From the IMG/VR virus record IMGVR_UViG_3300024520_000049, positions 78,596-142,595 of that record: DNA of 64,000 nucleotides. One strand, given 5' to 3'. The position numbers were made by a program, and so were the translations under genes. Origin of the DNA: a virus. A model generated the notes under the pieces. The model made no database searches. It worked only from the letters and a program-made list of their open reading frames with translations, and was not told the DNA's origin. Below are positions 1-9,666 of the stretch, piece after piece. Numbering within the stretch: the stretch's first letter is position 1; each line of letters starts with the position of its first letter.

Positions 1-471
1 ACGCAGCAAGGTCTCTTTGTTGATCCAGCCCGGGAGGTGGCCCATGTAGAGTTTGTCGTATTGCGTGGTCAACGCGCCGCGTCCAGCTTTGAGAAAGGTC
101 TGCAAGCCCCGCTGCTTTTGGTGCTCCCTCACAGACGTGTGCAGATGATCCCGGTCGCTGCTAAGCGTTCCAGTGCTGGCGAACATCATTCCGCGGAAAC
201 GCCCATCTGCCGTAAAGTCTTTGACTGCGATCTCGGTCGGAGTGTTCTTCACTCTATAAGCCAACTCAGCAGGGCTGCCCACGAAGCGGCAGGATTTGTG
301 CGCGCAGCGGAAGTAGACGCCGGGGGTGCCGGCATTCTCTACAGCAAGGGTCGCAGAATCGCGCTGCGCGTGCAGAGGGCAGGGGTACGGACCCTCGCCG
401 TTTAACCGAGATTCTCCGATTTTCAGACTGGCCAAAAAGTCCCGAATCGCCGTGTATGTGTCGCTGCTCAT
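1..471 (-). CDS. 5' part of a protein with an N-terminal CHC2-like zinc ribbon (primase-like); runs off the left edge
   Basis: Not in the ORF track. Manual translation from ATG at 471 stays open to base 1: MSSDTYTAIRDFLASLKIGESRLNGEGPYPCPLHAQRDSATLAVENAGTPGVYFRCAHKSCRF...; CPLH...CxxxxC resembles primase Zn-binding domains. Confidence 0.6.
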   Translation of the reverse strand, partial: MSSDTYTAIRDFLASLKIGESRLNGEGPYPCPLHAQRDSATLAVENAGTPGVYFRCAHKSCRFVGSPAELAYRVKNTPTEIAVKDFTADGRFRGMMFASTGTLSSDRDHLHTSVREHQKQRGLQTFLKAGRGALTTQYDKLYMGHLPGWINKETLLR

Positions 472-568
472 AAAAATTAAATTCCCTTCTGGAAAGCGGG
501 GCCTTCCTGGTTTAAGTTAAAGCGTATCTTCCTGAACTGCAATATTACCCCGTTAACAGGGAGCAAAA

Positions 569-1624
569 ATGGACATTGTACAGGACAATTCACACCGCGG
601 CCTACTTGCCGTTGCGAGTAAACACGTTGTTCCCGAGTATGTTGGGACACATGAGCTATTGGATAAACAAGCCGCCGAGAAGCTGCATGACAACGAATAC
701 GCCGACCCCTCATTGCGCTGTTTCCCCGTAGACACCGCGGCGAATACTTGGTTGTCGGCTGCGTATTTTGCTGAAAACAAAGGGCAAGTACATCGTACAA
801 AACGTGCTCATGTTAAGGAGACGATCCAGCGTGCTGCGCGTATTCACGGCAATAGTGCCGATGTAGACGCTGTGCTTAGCAAGCAAGCTACACCATCAGT
901 TCCACCTGAACAAGACGATAACAATTTCTGCTGGTTGATCAAGGACGCATCGGGAAAAATTGTAGTAAAAAAATACCCCGTCTTTGATGCTTACGGGGTC
1001 AAAACGGCCATGGAGTACTTCGACAGGTACCGCGGTCGGTACCCACTTGAGGTGCGTCGTGAGATCGCCACGAATCTTCTGAAGAAGGCGCAGGAGCACG
1101 GTGTTGAGCCATCCGCACCTGTGCTGAAGACTGCTGGGTATGGCGCGCCCCATCGGCCAACACTCACTGAAGAGCTTCTGGAGCGGGCAAAGCTCACAAA
1201 GGACGCCGAGGCTGCTGTAGTTTTTGCGAACCTCAATGAAGTGCTGGCACACTGCTCCGCTGAGGAGTTGGCGCAGAATATCGAGAAGGTTGCAGATAAC
1301 ATCGACCAGCTGGATCGACTGAACGGGCTGGAGAAGCATTACAACACGAAGATCTTATTCCCTTCAGAGGTTGTGTATGCTATGTCTATGAAGCAGGCCT
1401 CGTCTTATGTCGACGACGCACTGACGCTGCATAAGCGGACCTTCAGCATCGAGAAGCTCGCCGGCCTCTCCCCGGATATTTTCGGGGTTCTGGGCGATGA
1501 TCTGGTAACAGATCTCTCCACGGACGGGGCCTTGTGCGCTGAGAAGATGGCAATGATCTTGCCTACACTACCGCGACCAGACAAGAAGCTGCTGGAAGAT
1601 CATTTGGTTGGCAGCTTCTCCTAA
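569..1624 (+). CDS. hypothetical phage protein, probably head/virion-associated (K-x-A motif rich)
   Basis: 351-aa ORF with GGGAG RBS; many KQA/KTA/KDA/KLA motifs. Confidence 0.6.
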   Translation: MDIVQDNSHRGLLAVASKHVVPEYVGTHELLDKQAAEKLHDNEYADPSLRCFPVDTAANTWLSAAYFAENKGQVHRTKRAHVKETIQRAARIHGNSADVDAVLSKQATPSVPPEQDDNNFCWLIKDASGKIVVKKYPVFDAYGVKTAMEYFDRYRGRYPLEVRREIATNLLKKAQEHGVEPSAPVLKTAGYGAPHRPTLTEELLERAKLTKDAEAAVVFANLNEVLAHCSAEELAQNIEKVADNIDQLDRLNGLEKHYNTKILFPSEVVYAMSMKQASSYVDDALTLHKRTFSIEKLAGLSPDIFGVLGDDLVTDLSTDGALCAEKMAMILPTLPRPDKKLLEDHLVGSFS

Positions 1625-1642
1625 ACGCAGGAGCAGCCGTAA

Positions 1643-2320
1643 ATGGCACTTGGTTACAAAGCAGCTATAAAGCGGGCGTTGGAAAGCAACGCTACACTGG
1701 CGACTCCACTCTACGTCATTGTGCGTAAGCACTTCGGCGATGACGCCTTTTTCTGGGATCCCTCCACGTTGTACCTGGAGCTCCGCTCTGAATTTGGCGC
1801 GGAGCCGACGGCGGAGGCGATCGACCGTTTGTCGGCGGCCCAGGTGATAGTCACGTCTGATGCATTCTTCACACGGCCCGACGCATTCATCAATCTCTGC
1901 AACACGCTAAGCTCCGGCGCACCGGGGTTCTCCTTGTTCGATCCGGTGACAGTGGAGGAGGCCGCCTGGGCGATCGTGGAAGTATCATTGATACGTGATA
2001 TGCTTCCGTTTGGCTATGGGGTTAAAACGCTCATCCAGCAGATACTTGCCGGCGACGGGTATGACGACGCAGACTATCCTGATATATTTGACGAGGCGCT
2101 GGAGCGAGCACCATCTTCAGCAGACGTCCATGAGATTGTAGAGCAGGTCGTTACAGAGGGCAACACCCTCCATGACCAGCAGAGAGATGTGGTCAATGAG
2201 TTTATCGATGACCAAATGCGCAGTTTGACATTTCAATTCCACGAGGTTCCGGGTATGTCTGACGACCTCTATGAACTGATCCGCGAAAAAGAGATTGAAG
2301 ATATGGGGGCGCTGATATGA
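1643..2320 (+). CDS. hypothetical protein
   Basis: 225-aa ORF, AGGAG RBS, co-oriented with neighbours. Confidence 0.75.
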   Translation: MALGYKAAIKRALESNATLATPLYVIVRKHFGDDAFFWDPSTLYLELRSEFGAEPTAEAIDRLSAAQVIVTSDAFFTRPDAFINLCNTLSSGAPGFSLFDPVTVEEAAWAIVEVSLIRDMLPFGYGVKTLIQQILAGDGYDDADYPDIFDEALERAPSSADVHEIVEQVVTEGNTLHDQQRDVVNEFIDDQMRSLTFQFHEVPGMSDDLYELIREKEIEDMGALI

Positions 2321-2508
2321 AAGACGCTTATACACAAGGTTTTATCGATAAGTGTGCCGAGCATGGTGTTGATCCAGAAGAGCTGGCCAAGCAGGCCTCG
2401 CTGTTGGCGATGTACGGACCCAAGATCTGGGCACGAATCAAAAAACTGTTCGGTGCTGCGGATGAGCCCAAAGAACCTGTAGAAGCCGAAGAAGGGCATG
2501 TGCATTAG
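2317..2508 (+). CDS. small hypothetical virion-type protein
   Basis: ATGA overlap with upstream stop; AYTQGFIDKCAEHGVDP...KQA. Confidence 0.65.
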   Translation: MKDAYTQGFIDKCAEHGVDPEELAKQASLLAMYGPKIWARIKKLFGAADEPKEPVEAEEGHVH

Positions 2509-2516
2509 GAGCAACC

Positions 2517-4343
2517 ATGGCGAATCTCAAAAAACTTGCAGAGATCTTCGAGGCCTGTGCTAAAGAGGCGCGCATCGGCGTGGCGGAGGTCTCAGACGGC
2601 CGTTCCGGGCATGTGGATGATAACGAGGAGGAGGTTCTGGAGGAGGCGACCACGGCACAGAAAGAGGGCCAAGACCTCACAGCTGAAGTCGAGGAGGGTG
2701 GCTTTGGCGCCCCTGACGAGGTAAGCACAGGTGAGCTGGCGACCTACGCCATCACTGAGCAGGATAAGGATGACTTCGCACCTGATGTAAAGGATGCCGC
2801 GTTAAAAATCACCGGCACCCCGGCGCAGCCCAAGAGCGAGGAGCAGGCTGAAGCCGGCAACTACCGCAAAGGCCACGCGAAGATGCACGGACTGAGTATC
2901 GCGATTGAGAATGCCAAAGGGCAGACGCGGAGTGGGACTGGTGCGGACGGGAAGACGTGGACATCAAAGATGTATGCCCATTACGGGTACATCAAGCGCA
3001 CGCTCAGTAAAGCTGACGGAGATCACATAGACGTCTTCATAGGCCCTGATGAGAAATCAGAGATCGTGTTTGTTGTTAATCAGAACAACCATGGCAAGAA
3101 GACTTTCGATGAGCACAAGTGCATGCTTGGGTACAGCAACGAGGAAGCTGCGCGGAAGGGCTACCTCGCCAACTACGAGAAGGGTTGGGATGGTGTTGGC
3201 AGCATTACGCCGATGACCATTGCACAGTTTAAGTGGTGGATCCGCCATGGGGACACTTCAAAGCCCGCGAAGGCTATCGTGAAGAAAGCCGGTATCCCTA
3301 TGAGCCGGATCATGAAAGCCATCGGATTGCCGGCACTTGGCGCCGGCGGGCTGCTCGGTGGCGCTGCTTACCACCAGTCTCAGCCGTACAAAGGCGACCC
3401 AGAAGCCAGCCGCTGGTCAGTGCACATGACCAGGCGCACTCTCAACAAAGCGCTAGAGCAGCTGCAGCGCGGGAGCGCTGATGTTGACGTGGCTACAGGA
3501 AGGCACCGTAAAGCGATCCCGCTGTCCAGAATAAACGAGGCTGCGCTAAAGCACCTCAACTATACACCCACCGCGGTGGCGATTCCCGAACGTGGGCAGC
3601 AGCAGCTCATTACGCACCGCCGCCGACCTGACGCGAAGCGCCCCCATTTTAACCCACACGTCCATAAACATAAGAAGAACTGGTTTGTCCACATCGATAA
3701 GGATCCAGCGCTGACTCTGGCGCTGGAAGAGGCGAAAGACTGGCCTTCCCGGATGAAGGCGCTTACTCGCGGTATGAAGCATATTTTCCATGAGGGTATC
3801 CCCGGCGGGATGCTGTACCTGAAAAACATGATGCAGAATAAGCCGACGTTTGAAGACTTCATGAAAATGCCCCGCAACCAGCGCCGTATGGAATTTTCAG
3901 AACCCGGCGAGTCCAGTTTGCTCTCTGACCCGCATAAACATGCGTCTTCACCACTCCGCCCAGGCAACACGACTATAATGATGCAGGTAGTGAGTGGTGA
4001 CGAGAAGCGCGCGGAGCTGCTTGTCGAGGTTGCCGAAACTCAGGCGAATGCCGCCAAAGGGCTTAGCTTCGTACCGGAGATGCCTTCTGGGTATGGTATG
4101 TTGTTCAAAACTGCCAAGTCTTTCTGGATGCGCGGGGTCAACTTCGACCTGGACATGGTCTTTATGGATAAAACAGGACAAGTTTTGGAGATTCAGCGTA
4201 TGAAGGCCCCTAAGCAGGGCCATTTACCGATGAATACCTACCAGCCTACTGTGAAGCAGGCTACACTCTCATTAGAGGTCCCCGCAGGATGGTGCGAGCA
4301 CTATTCTGTAAAACCGGGGGATCAACTCACCGTGGTCGCGTGA
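2517..4343 (+). CDS. multidomain (polyvalent-type) protein: inorganic-pyrophosphatase-like InPase domain + unknown domain + C-terminal DUF192 domain
   Basis: AGNYRKGH...IENAKG...YGYIKRT...DGDHIDVFIG...FDEHKCMLGY matches the InPase domain of phage polyvalent proteins; VEVAET...KGL...GMLF...FWMRGVNFDLDMVF matches DUF192. Confidence 0.8.
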   Translation: MANLKKLAEIFEACAKEARIGVAEVSDGRSGHVDDNEEEVLEEATTAQKEGQDLTAEVEEGGFGAPDEVSTGELATYAITEQDKDDFAPDVKDAALKITGTPAQPKSEEQAEAGNYRKGHAKMHGLSIAIENAKGQTRSGTGADGKTWTSKMYAHYGYIKRTLSKADGDHIDVFIGPDEKSEIVFVVNQNNHGKKTFDEHKCMLGYSNEEAARKGYLANYEKGWDGVGSITPMTIAQFKWWIRHGDTSKPAKAIVKKAGIPMSRIMKAIGLPALGAGGLLGGAAYHQSQPYKGDPEASRWSVHMTRRTLNKALEQLQRGSADVDVATGRHRKAIPLSRINEAALKHLNYTPTAVAIPERGQQQLITHRRRPDAKRPHFNPHVHKHKKNWFVHIDKDPALTLALEEAKDWPSRMKALTRGMKHIFHEGIPGGMLYLKNMMQNKPTFEDFMKMPRNQRRMEFSEPGESSLLSDPHKHASSPLRPGNTTIMMQVVSGDEKRAELLVEVAETQANAAKGLSFVPEMPSGYGMLFKTAKSFWMRGVNFDLDMVFMDKTGQVLEIQRMKAPKQGHLPMNTYQPTVKQATLSLEVPAGWCEHYSVKPGDQLTVVA

Positions 4344-4367
4344 TTTTTGATCGACGCGATACTATAT

Positions 4368-4375
4368 TATAAATA
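4368..4375 (+). promoter_or_regulatory. possible late promoter (TATAAATA)
   Basis: Exact T4-late-type octamer in an AT-rich spacer 50 bp upstream of the virion gene cluster starting at 4425. Confidence 0.3.
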
Positions 4376-4424
4376 CCCCGCCATCACGAGCAAAGGCGGG
4401 AAATAAAAACCTCGGAGAATTGAC

Positions 4425-4817
4425 ATGTCACAAATTGTTGGAAGAAAGAAACTTGAAGGCGTCCCAGACTCTACCGGCGGAGGCCTCACCCCCGCGGATC
4501 AAAACCATACTCGCGTATCTGCGGAGCCCATTGACCATTTGAACAATGGCGGCCTCGCCGTCATGGAGTACATCGGTGCTATGGCGCAGCGCGTGGACGA
4601 GACTGGGGCTCCAGGTGTTACCTATGCCGCTGAAGCGCTGCCAGGATCCGCGAATACTGACGCGAAGTGGCGTATTCGCCGCGTAACAGTAGCTGGATCG
4701 ATAACCACTATTAAGTGGGCAACGGTTGCAGCCGTCGTCGGACCGCCCGCCGTGCCAGCTCTACCTGCGACGTTCGCCCACGTCTGGGATGATCGTGCTA
4801 CTCGGACCTACACCTGA
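4425..4817 (+). CDS. putative virion protein
   Basis: 130 aa, GGAG RBS, first gene of a fibre-like cluster. Confidence 0.6.
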   Translation: MSQIVGRKKLEGVPDSTGGGLTPADQNHTRVSAEPIDHLNNGGLAVMEYIGAMAQRVDETGAPGVTYAAEALPGSANTDAKWRIRRVTVAGSITTIKWATVAAVVGPPAVPALPATFAHVWDDRATRTYT

Positions 4818-4835
4818 TAATTTCGGAGAGCCGCT

Positions 4836-5492
4836 ATGGGGTTTCTTTATGACATTCTGCTCCGCCGCTTACGCACAGACGAAGGTGCGGGTGGCGGACC
4901 GCCAGATCCGCATACTCACGGCATTGATGACATCACGGACCTGGAGAATCCACTGCAGGATAAGGGGGTAATCGCTCTGGCGGCAGATTTTCCGACGCCC
5001 GCTGAGGTTGATGGTGCGTGGCTTTACCGCGTTTCTGCGGACGTTATCGACAATGATGGCACGAAGACCAACACGGGTCAGGCCTTTTTTGCCGGCGAGC
5101 AAATTTTCTGGAATGGCGTAGATTGGACGGTGCTTGGCGCCGCCGCGAATGACACTTGGCCACTTATGGTAGGACGAAACAGCGCGACGGTATCAAATGT
5201 GTACCTACGCAGCCCTGACCGTGTGCCAACAAACTTGTCTGGTTTTATTGTCCCCGTTGATTCGACAATTTTTGCAATCGGCGCCGGCACCAATGGTGCG
5301 GAGACCTGGGTTGCGGAAGTGCGTAAGAACGGCGTGGCAGCTGTCATCGCGTCGCTAAGCATGGCAGCAGAAACGAAGAAGTACACAGACACGTTGAACG
5401 TTGACGTTGACGCCGGGGACGAGATACAGATGTACTGTAACGGCACAAATATCAACCGCCCTGCTATGTTGGTGCTACTTAGGAGACGGTAA
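4836..5492 (+). CDS. putative fibre/decoration protein
   Basis: HTHGIDDITDL fibre-type repeat; C-terminal beta-rich domain paralogous to that of the next gene. Confidence 0.6.
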   Translation: MGFLYDILLRRLRTDEGAGGGPPDPHTHGIDDITDLENPLQDKGVIALAADFPTPAEVDGAWLYRVSADVIDNDGTKTNTGQAFFAGEQIFWNGVDWTVLGAAANDTWPLMVGRNSATVSNVYLRSPDRVPTNLSGFIVPVDSTIFAIGAGTNGAETWVAEVRKNGVAAVIASLSMAAETKKYTDTLNVDVDAGDEIQMYCNGTNINRPAMLVLLRRR

Positions 5493-5495
5493 TTT

Positions 5496-6734
5496 ATGGC
5501 GTATGATATAAAATTGACAACCACAGGGCTGCTCTCCCCTGTGGTTATCGATGACTTCGGAGAGAAGAAATTTGCGCATCCGACGGTCGATTATAGCCTG
5601 ATTCCTGAATTTACTTTTGAGGAGGTTCAGGCCTCTACGGATTTGCAAGCTCACGTCGACGCAGGCAATGTTACACTTACCGACAGTGGTGGTAACAGTA
5701 TAACTGACGTGTCTCAGAGTAGCAATGAGCATGAGCATGCCGCTTCGGATGTCACAGACTTTGACACAGAGGTGTCGAACAACGTAGATGTAGCCGCAAA
5801 TACGGCGGCGCAGCATTCTCACACGAATAAAACCGAGCTGGATCTGGTCACTGATGGTGATCATGATGTAAGAACGGACAATCCGCATGGAACAGCTATC
5901 AGCAATCTGGGCACTGGCACCATCGCAGAACTGAACACAGCGATCACTGACGCTACGTTGGACGGCCACTCGCACTCGAACAAAGCACAGCTCGATTTGG
6001 TGTCCGACGGTGATCATGATGTAAGAACGGACAATCCACACGGAGTCACGGCAGCGCAGACTGGCGCGGACCCGTCTGGGACGATTAACTACACACACCC
6101 GAACCACACTGGGGACGTCACCTCTGTGGCTGATGGGGCGCAGACAATTGCGGCTAACGCGGTTACAAACACTAAAGCTGCTGACATGCCTACGCTGACA
6201 ATCAAAGGCAACAACACAGGTGGTACCGCAGATCCTAAGGATTTAACAGTAGCCGAAGCGCAGTCTCTGCTGGGAATAACCGCAGGGGTGGCGGGACTTG
6301 CAATCAGCACTATCAACGGGCAGGCGGTACTCACTCTGGAGGACACCACGAGGGCCAGCAAGAAGTTGTCCGTCAGTGAGATGTCAGTGATGTTTGCTGA
6401 AGGTACTGTCGGCGATGATGACTGGCTGGCTGTTGGCATAGTGCTGGACGCCGATGCGGGCTACATAATGCCTCTAAATGCCACGATTGTAGGCATTTCG
6501 GTATGGTGCGACAACGATAATTCCTCAGCCAAGGAGCTGGACTTGTACATCGACGCTGCCCTAGACAGCACTATATACACTTTCCCGGGCGGCGGCAACG
6601 AGGTAAAAGCGTCAGACATGACTTTGAACATTGACGTCGCACAAAATTCAAAAATCCGAGTTCGTGCTGGCACAACGGGTGGGAACATTCAGGACACCGT
6701 TGTTCAGTTACATATTAAGTGGAGGGCCGCATAA
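5496..6734 (+). CDS. putative tail/head fibre protein with internal repeats
   Basis: T/D/G/N-rich; HEHAASDVTDF; duplicated HSHxNKxxLDLVxDGDHDVRTDNPHG; YTHPNHTGDVT. Confidence 0.7.
   Translation: MAYDIKLTTTGLLSPVVIDDFGEKKFAHPTVDYSLIPEFTFEEVQASTDLQAHVDAGNVTLTDSGGNSITDVSQSSNEHEHAASDVTDFDTEVSNNVDVAANTAAQHSHTNKTELDLVTDGDHDVRTDNPHGTAISNLGTGTIAELNTAITDATLDGHSHSNKAQLDLVSDGDHDVRTDNPHGVTAAQTGADPSGTINYTHPNHTGDVTSVADGAQTIAANAVTNTKAADMPTLTIKGNNTGGTADPKDLTVAEAQSLLGITAGVAGLAISTINGQAVLTLEDTTRASKKLSVSEMSVMFAEGTVGDDDWLAVGIVLDADAGYIMPLNATIVGISVWCDNDNSSAKELDLYIDAALDSTIYTFPGGGNEVKASDMTLNIDVAQNSKIRVRAGTTGGNIQDTVVQLHIKWRAA
5856..6037 (+). repeat. 29-bp exact direct repeat within the fibre gene (5856-5884 and 6009-6037)
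   Basis: GGTGATCATGATGTAAGAACGGACAATCC twice, 153 bp (51 codons) apart. Confidence 0.9.
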
Positions 6735-7717
6735 TGGGACTCACCGTAAGAAATGTTACGTCAGGCCCGGCGGTAGATGTCGTTCTGAATGACATCGGTA
6801 TCACGGTACACGCGGGTGCGGACCGAGACTTATTTGATCGTATGGGCCTTGGCGCAATCATCAGCTCTTCGGATCTCGCTACGTCAGTAGCCGCCGGAGA
6901 TCTTGTGATCTTGAGCTCGGGGGGATCTCCGTTGACCACTCCACAGTCCATAGCGGTACTGGATCAGGTTGAGCCACCGCCGACGCACGCAGATGAGCAC
7001 ACAACCGGATCCGACGTTATTGATGGTGATAAGTTGGACATCACCTACACGCCTACGAATTACACGCCAGATGCAGGTGTGGCGGAGGCGGGCGATGCGG
7101 ATGACCTGGCAGCCCATCTGAAGGGTATAGACGATCAATTGCCCACGCCGTCCTCAGCGATTGACGATCTTACTGACGTCGACACTACTACCGTGGCGCC
7201 AGCGGTCAATGACAAACTAATCTGGGACGGATCTAACTGGGTACCTACTACCACCACGGGGAACGACTCGGATAACTACGCTTTTGCCTACGATACCACG
7301 GAGCAGACAATTGCGTCGATAAGTACGTTCCAGGACATTACGTATCTTGTGAATGCCTCCCTTGCAGGGTGGACGCATTCAGCCGGCACAGCTGACTTTG
7401 TGTGTGCGTCAACGGCGAAGTACGCAGTTACTGTGGAGTATAACACAGAGAAAAACGGTGGCGGTAACGTGGAGTGTGAAATCCGCGCCTTATTAGAAGG
7501 CGTCGAGGTACCTGGAAGCCACAACGGGATGGACTTAACATCGAACAACACTGCGTTCTCCCTCAGCCGTACATTTCTGGTAGACGTTACCGCTGGTGAG
7601 ACCCTAAAGTTCCAGTTCGCCGCGAATAACACCTCAGCGCGGATCAAGACTGCCCCATCTCCGGCCGGAGCAGCTACGACGATTTCTGCAACCCTGACAA
7701 TTAGGAAACTCACCTGA
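6734..7717 (+). CDS. putative fibre/virion protein
   Basis: TAATG coupling at 6734; LAAHLKGID and IDDLTDVD...LIWDGSNWVP fibre-type motifs; beta-rich C-terminus. Confidence 0.65.
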   Translation: MGLTVRNVTSGPAVDVVLNDIGITVHAGADRDLFDRMGLGAIISSSDLATSVAAGDLVILSSGGSPLTTPQSIAVLDQVEPPPTHADEHTTGSDVIDGDKLDITYTPTNYTPDAGVAEAGDADDLAAHLKGIDDQLPTPSSAIDDLTDVDTTTVAPAVNDKLIWDGSNWVPTTTTGNDSDNYAFAYDTTEQTIASISTFQDITYLVNASLAGWTHSAGTADFVCASTAKYAVTVEYNTEKNGGGNVECEIRALLEGVEVPGSHNGMDLTSNNTAFSLSRTFLVDVTAGETLKFQFAANNTSARIKTAPSPAGAATTISATLTIRKLT

Positions 7718-8244
7718 TGCCTGATATTCCTGAATTTCAAATTGACCCAACAGCCGGTCCGGTGCTAAAACTGATGAGCCCCGACGGAAGCAAAGTGCAC
7801 CAGCTTGATCTGGATAATGATGGGGATATCTGCCTTGATGGGTCCAAGTTCCGCCATGCCGATGCGCAATTTGCCACTCTAACCGCGGATGCATCAGAAA
7901 CAGCTGATGCTTTTACTGACGTTCCAGGTGCAGAGCTGACAACGGCAGGGGATGGTTCAAAGGTCTACCAAGTAGCGTTCAGCGGAGCCCTGGAACTTAG
8001 CACCGCAAAATCTCGTGTGCACATACAGCTTCTCGCAGACGGCGTTCTGATTCCTGGGTCTGCACGGGATGTAACATCACCTGCGGCCAAAAAGCGTTTT
8101 GTTATGGCTACCCACGGCTTCACACAAGCGCTTCCGGCAGGTAAGGTGGTAAAACTGCAATGGCGCGTGGAGCGCTTAAGCGGCAATAAAAACCCCGCTG
8201 CGAGTGTTAGAGACGGGTCGATGACTATTTATGGAGTAAACTAA
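7717..8244 (+). CDS. putative virion protein (beta-sandwich)
   Basis: TGATG coupling; beta-rich 175 aa. Confidence 0.55.
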   Translation: MPDIPEFQIDPTAGPVLKLMSPDGSKVHQLDLDNDGDICLDGSKFRHADAQFATLTADASETADAFTDVPGAELTTAGDGSKVYQVAFSGALELSTAKSRVHIQLLADGVLIPGSARDVTSPAAKKRFVMATHGFTQALPAGKVVKLQWRVERLSGNKNPAASVRDGSMTIYGVN

Positions 8245-8245
8245 C

Positions 8246-9094
8246 ATGGCTGAAACTATTTATAACTACACAATTTCTACTGACACACTAAACGCAGCAG
8301 CAGCCCCATCTGTGCTGCAGAACGAGATAAATCTCGACGCTACCGTTACGATCGGGGTCCGAGGGCTCTCTGTAGCTGGAGACTCTTTGGACATCACAAT
8401 GATGGACGCGCTGTCAGGTGCACAGAAAACAGCACTTGACGCAGTTATCGCTGCGCACGCTGGCGTAGAGGACCCTGACGCTGGCGCGGATGTGGTGCAT
8501 GCCCGCGTCTCAGAACACCGTGAGGGCACAGGAGAGCACTACGATGTTCGCCCTCTCGCGTTCGACGTAGCTGCGTCTTCAGAGGATCATATCGAGATAG
8601 CGTTTGACTACCCCATCCGCCTAAACACGCTGCACATGACGGCGCGTAATGATGGTGATAGTGGTTATATGACAATCGGCGGTGATGGTGGTCTTGTCAT
8701 AGGTAATATCACAGCAAACATTACAGCAGGTGACACTGTGATCAACGTGTCGCAAACGGCTGTAGACAACATAGATGTCGGGTATTGCTTACACCTTTCC
8801 GACGGTACGAATACAGAAGAAGGTCGTGTAGTAGCCAAGGACGTGGTTAACAAAACACTCACTTTGAAGGCAGGCACCACCAACGCCTACCTCGCTGCTA
8901 CCCCCACGTACTGCGCTGTCATTGTACGGCTTGGGTACGAAGACCTCGAATTCGACGCGAACGAAGAAATTATTTTTGGCGCGTATTCACAGGGGGGCCC
9001 ACTCCTCGCAGCCGGTACTAAACTCCGGCTTTACTACAACAACACCGGTGGGTCACAAGTGAGGGTGCGCGCGAAGCTTGAATACTGGTACTAA
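8246..9094 (+). CDS. putative virion protein
   Basis: 282 aa, T/A/D-rich, in the structural cluster. Confidence 0.6.
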   Translation: MAETIYNYTISTDTLNAAAAPSVLQNEINLDATVTIGVRGLSVAGDSLDITMMDALSGAQKTALDAVIAAHAGVEDPDAGADVVHARVSEHREGTGEHYDVRPLAFDVAASSEDHIEIAFDYPIRLNTLHMTARNDGDSGYMTIGGDGGLVIGNITANITAGDTVINVSQTAVDNIDVGYCLHLSDGTNTEEGRVVAKDVVNKTLTLKAGTTNAYLAATPTYCAVIVRLGYEDLEFDANEEIIFGAYSQGGPLLAAGTKLRLYYNNTGGSQVRVRAKLEYWY

Positions 9095-9372
9095 TGCCTG
9101 ACCGCGACTACTGTACATTCTGGTTTGATAAGATTTTCGGAGTCTGCATAGCGGATTGCTGTAAAGAGCACGACGAAGGTTACGCTCTTGGAGGTACTTA
9201 CGTCGATCGCCTGCTGCGCGACTGGGAACTTCGTCAATGTGTCTCAGCAAAAGGTGGCTTCAAGTTTACCGCAGTATCCTGGATAATGTACATCGGTGTA
9301 CGCGTAGGAGCCAGCCGACTTGGCTGTAAGATTCTCAATGGCGGAAAACAAAGATTTAAGTGGGTTAGGTGA
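9094..9372 (+). CDS. small protein with phospholipase A2-like/DUF1353-like C-x2-H-D-x2-Y motif
   Basis: DYCTFWFD...CCKEHDEGY...D..L..C...MYIGVRVG. Confidence 0.55.
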   Translation: MPDRDYCTFWFDKIFGVCIADCCKEHDEGYALGGTYVDRLLRDWELRQCVSAKGGFKFTAVSWIMYIGVRVGASRLGCKILNGGKQRFKWVR

Positions 9373-9661
9373 GCATCAGCCTGTGGTGATCATCGTCACC
9401 GAAGACGAGAGCAAACTCACGAGACTATGCCAGCAACTGCGCGAAGGTGGATGCAAACCTTTCGGGTTTACGTCCTGCCGCGGGGCGCAGACAGCACTTG
9501 CCGTCCTGGCGCCAGAATTGGCGATAGTGGACATAGGCCTAGAAAAAGAGTATAGTTGCAAAGACTTCAGGGATGAGCTGAGCAAATCAGCAATCCCTGT
9601 TGCGGTAATTTCAGAGGATCTTGGGGAGGCCCTTGCGGGCGCCCGCAATTTACTGAGGTAG
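9338..9661 (+). CDS. stand-alone response-regulator receiver-like domain
   Basis: VVIIVTED...LREGG...PELAIVDIGL...IPVAVIS follows the REC fold with the phosphoacceptor Asp; C-terminally short. Confidence 0.55.
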   Translation: MAENKDLSGLGEHQPVVIIVTEDESKLTRLCQQLREGGCKPFGFTSCRGAQTALAVLAPELAIVDIGLEKEYSCKDFRDELSKSAIPVAVISEDLGEALAGARNLLR

Positions 9662-9666
9662 ATGTT

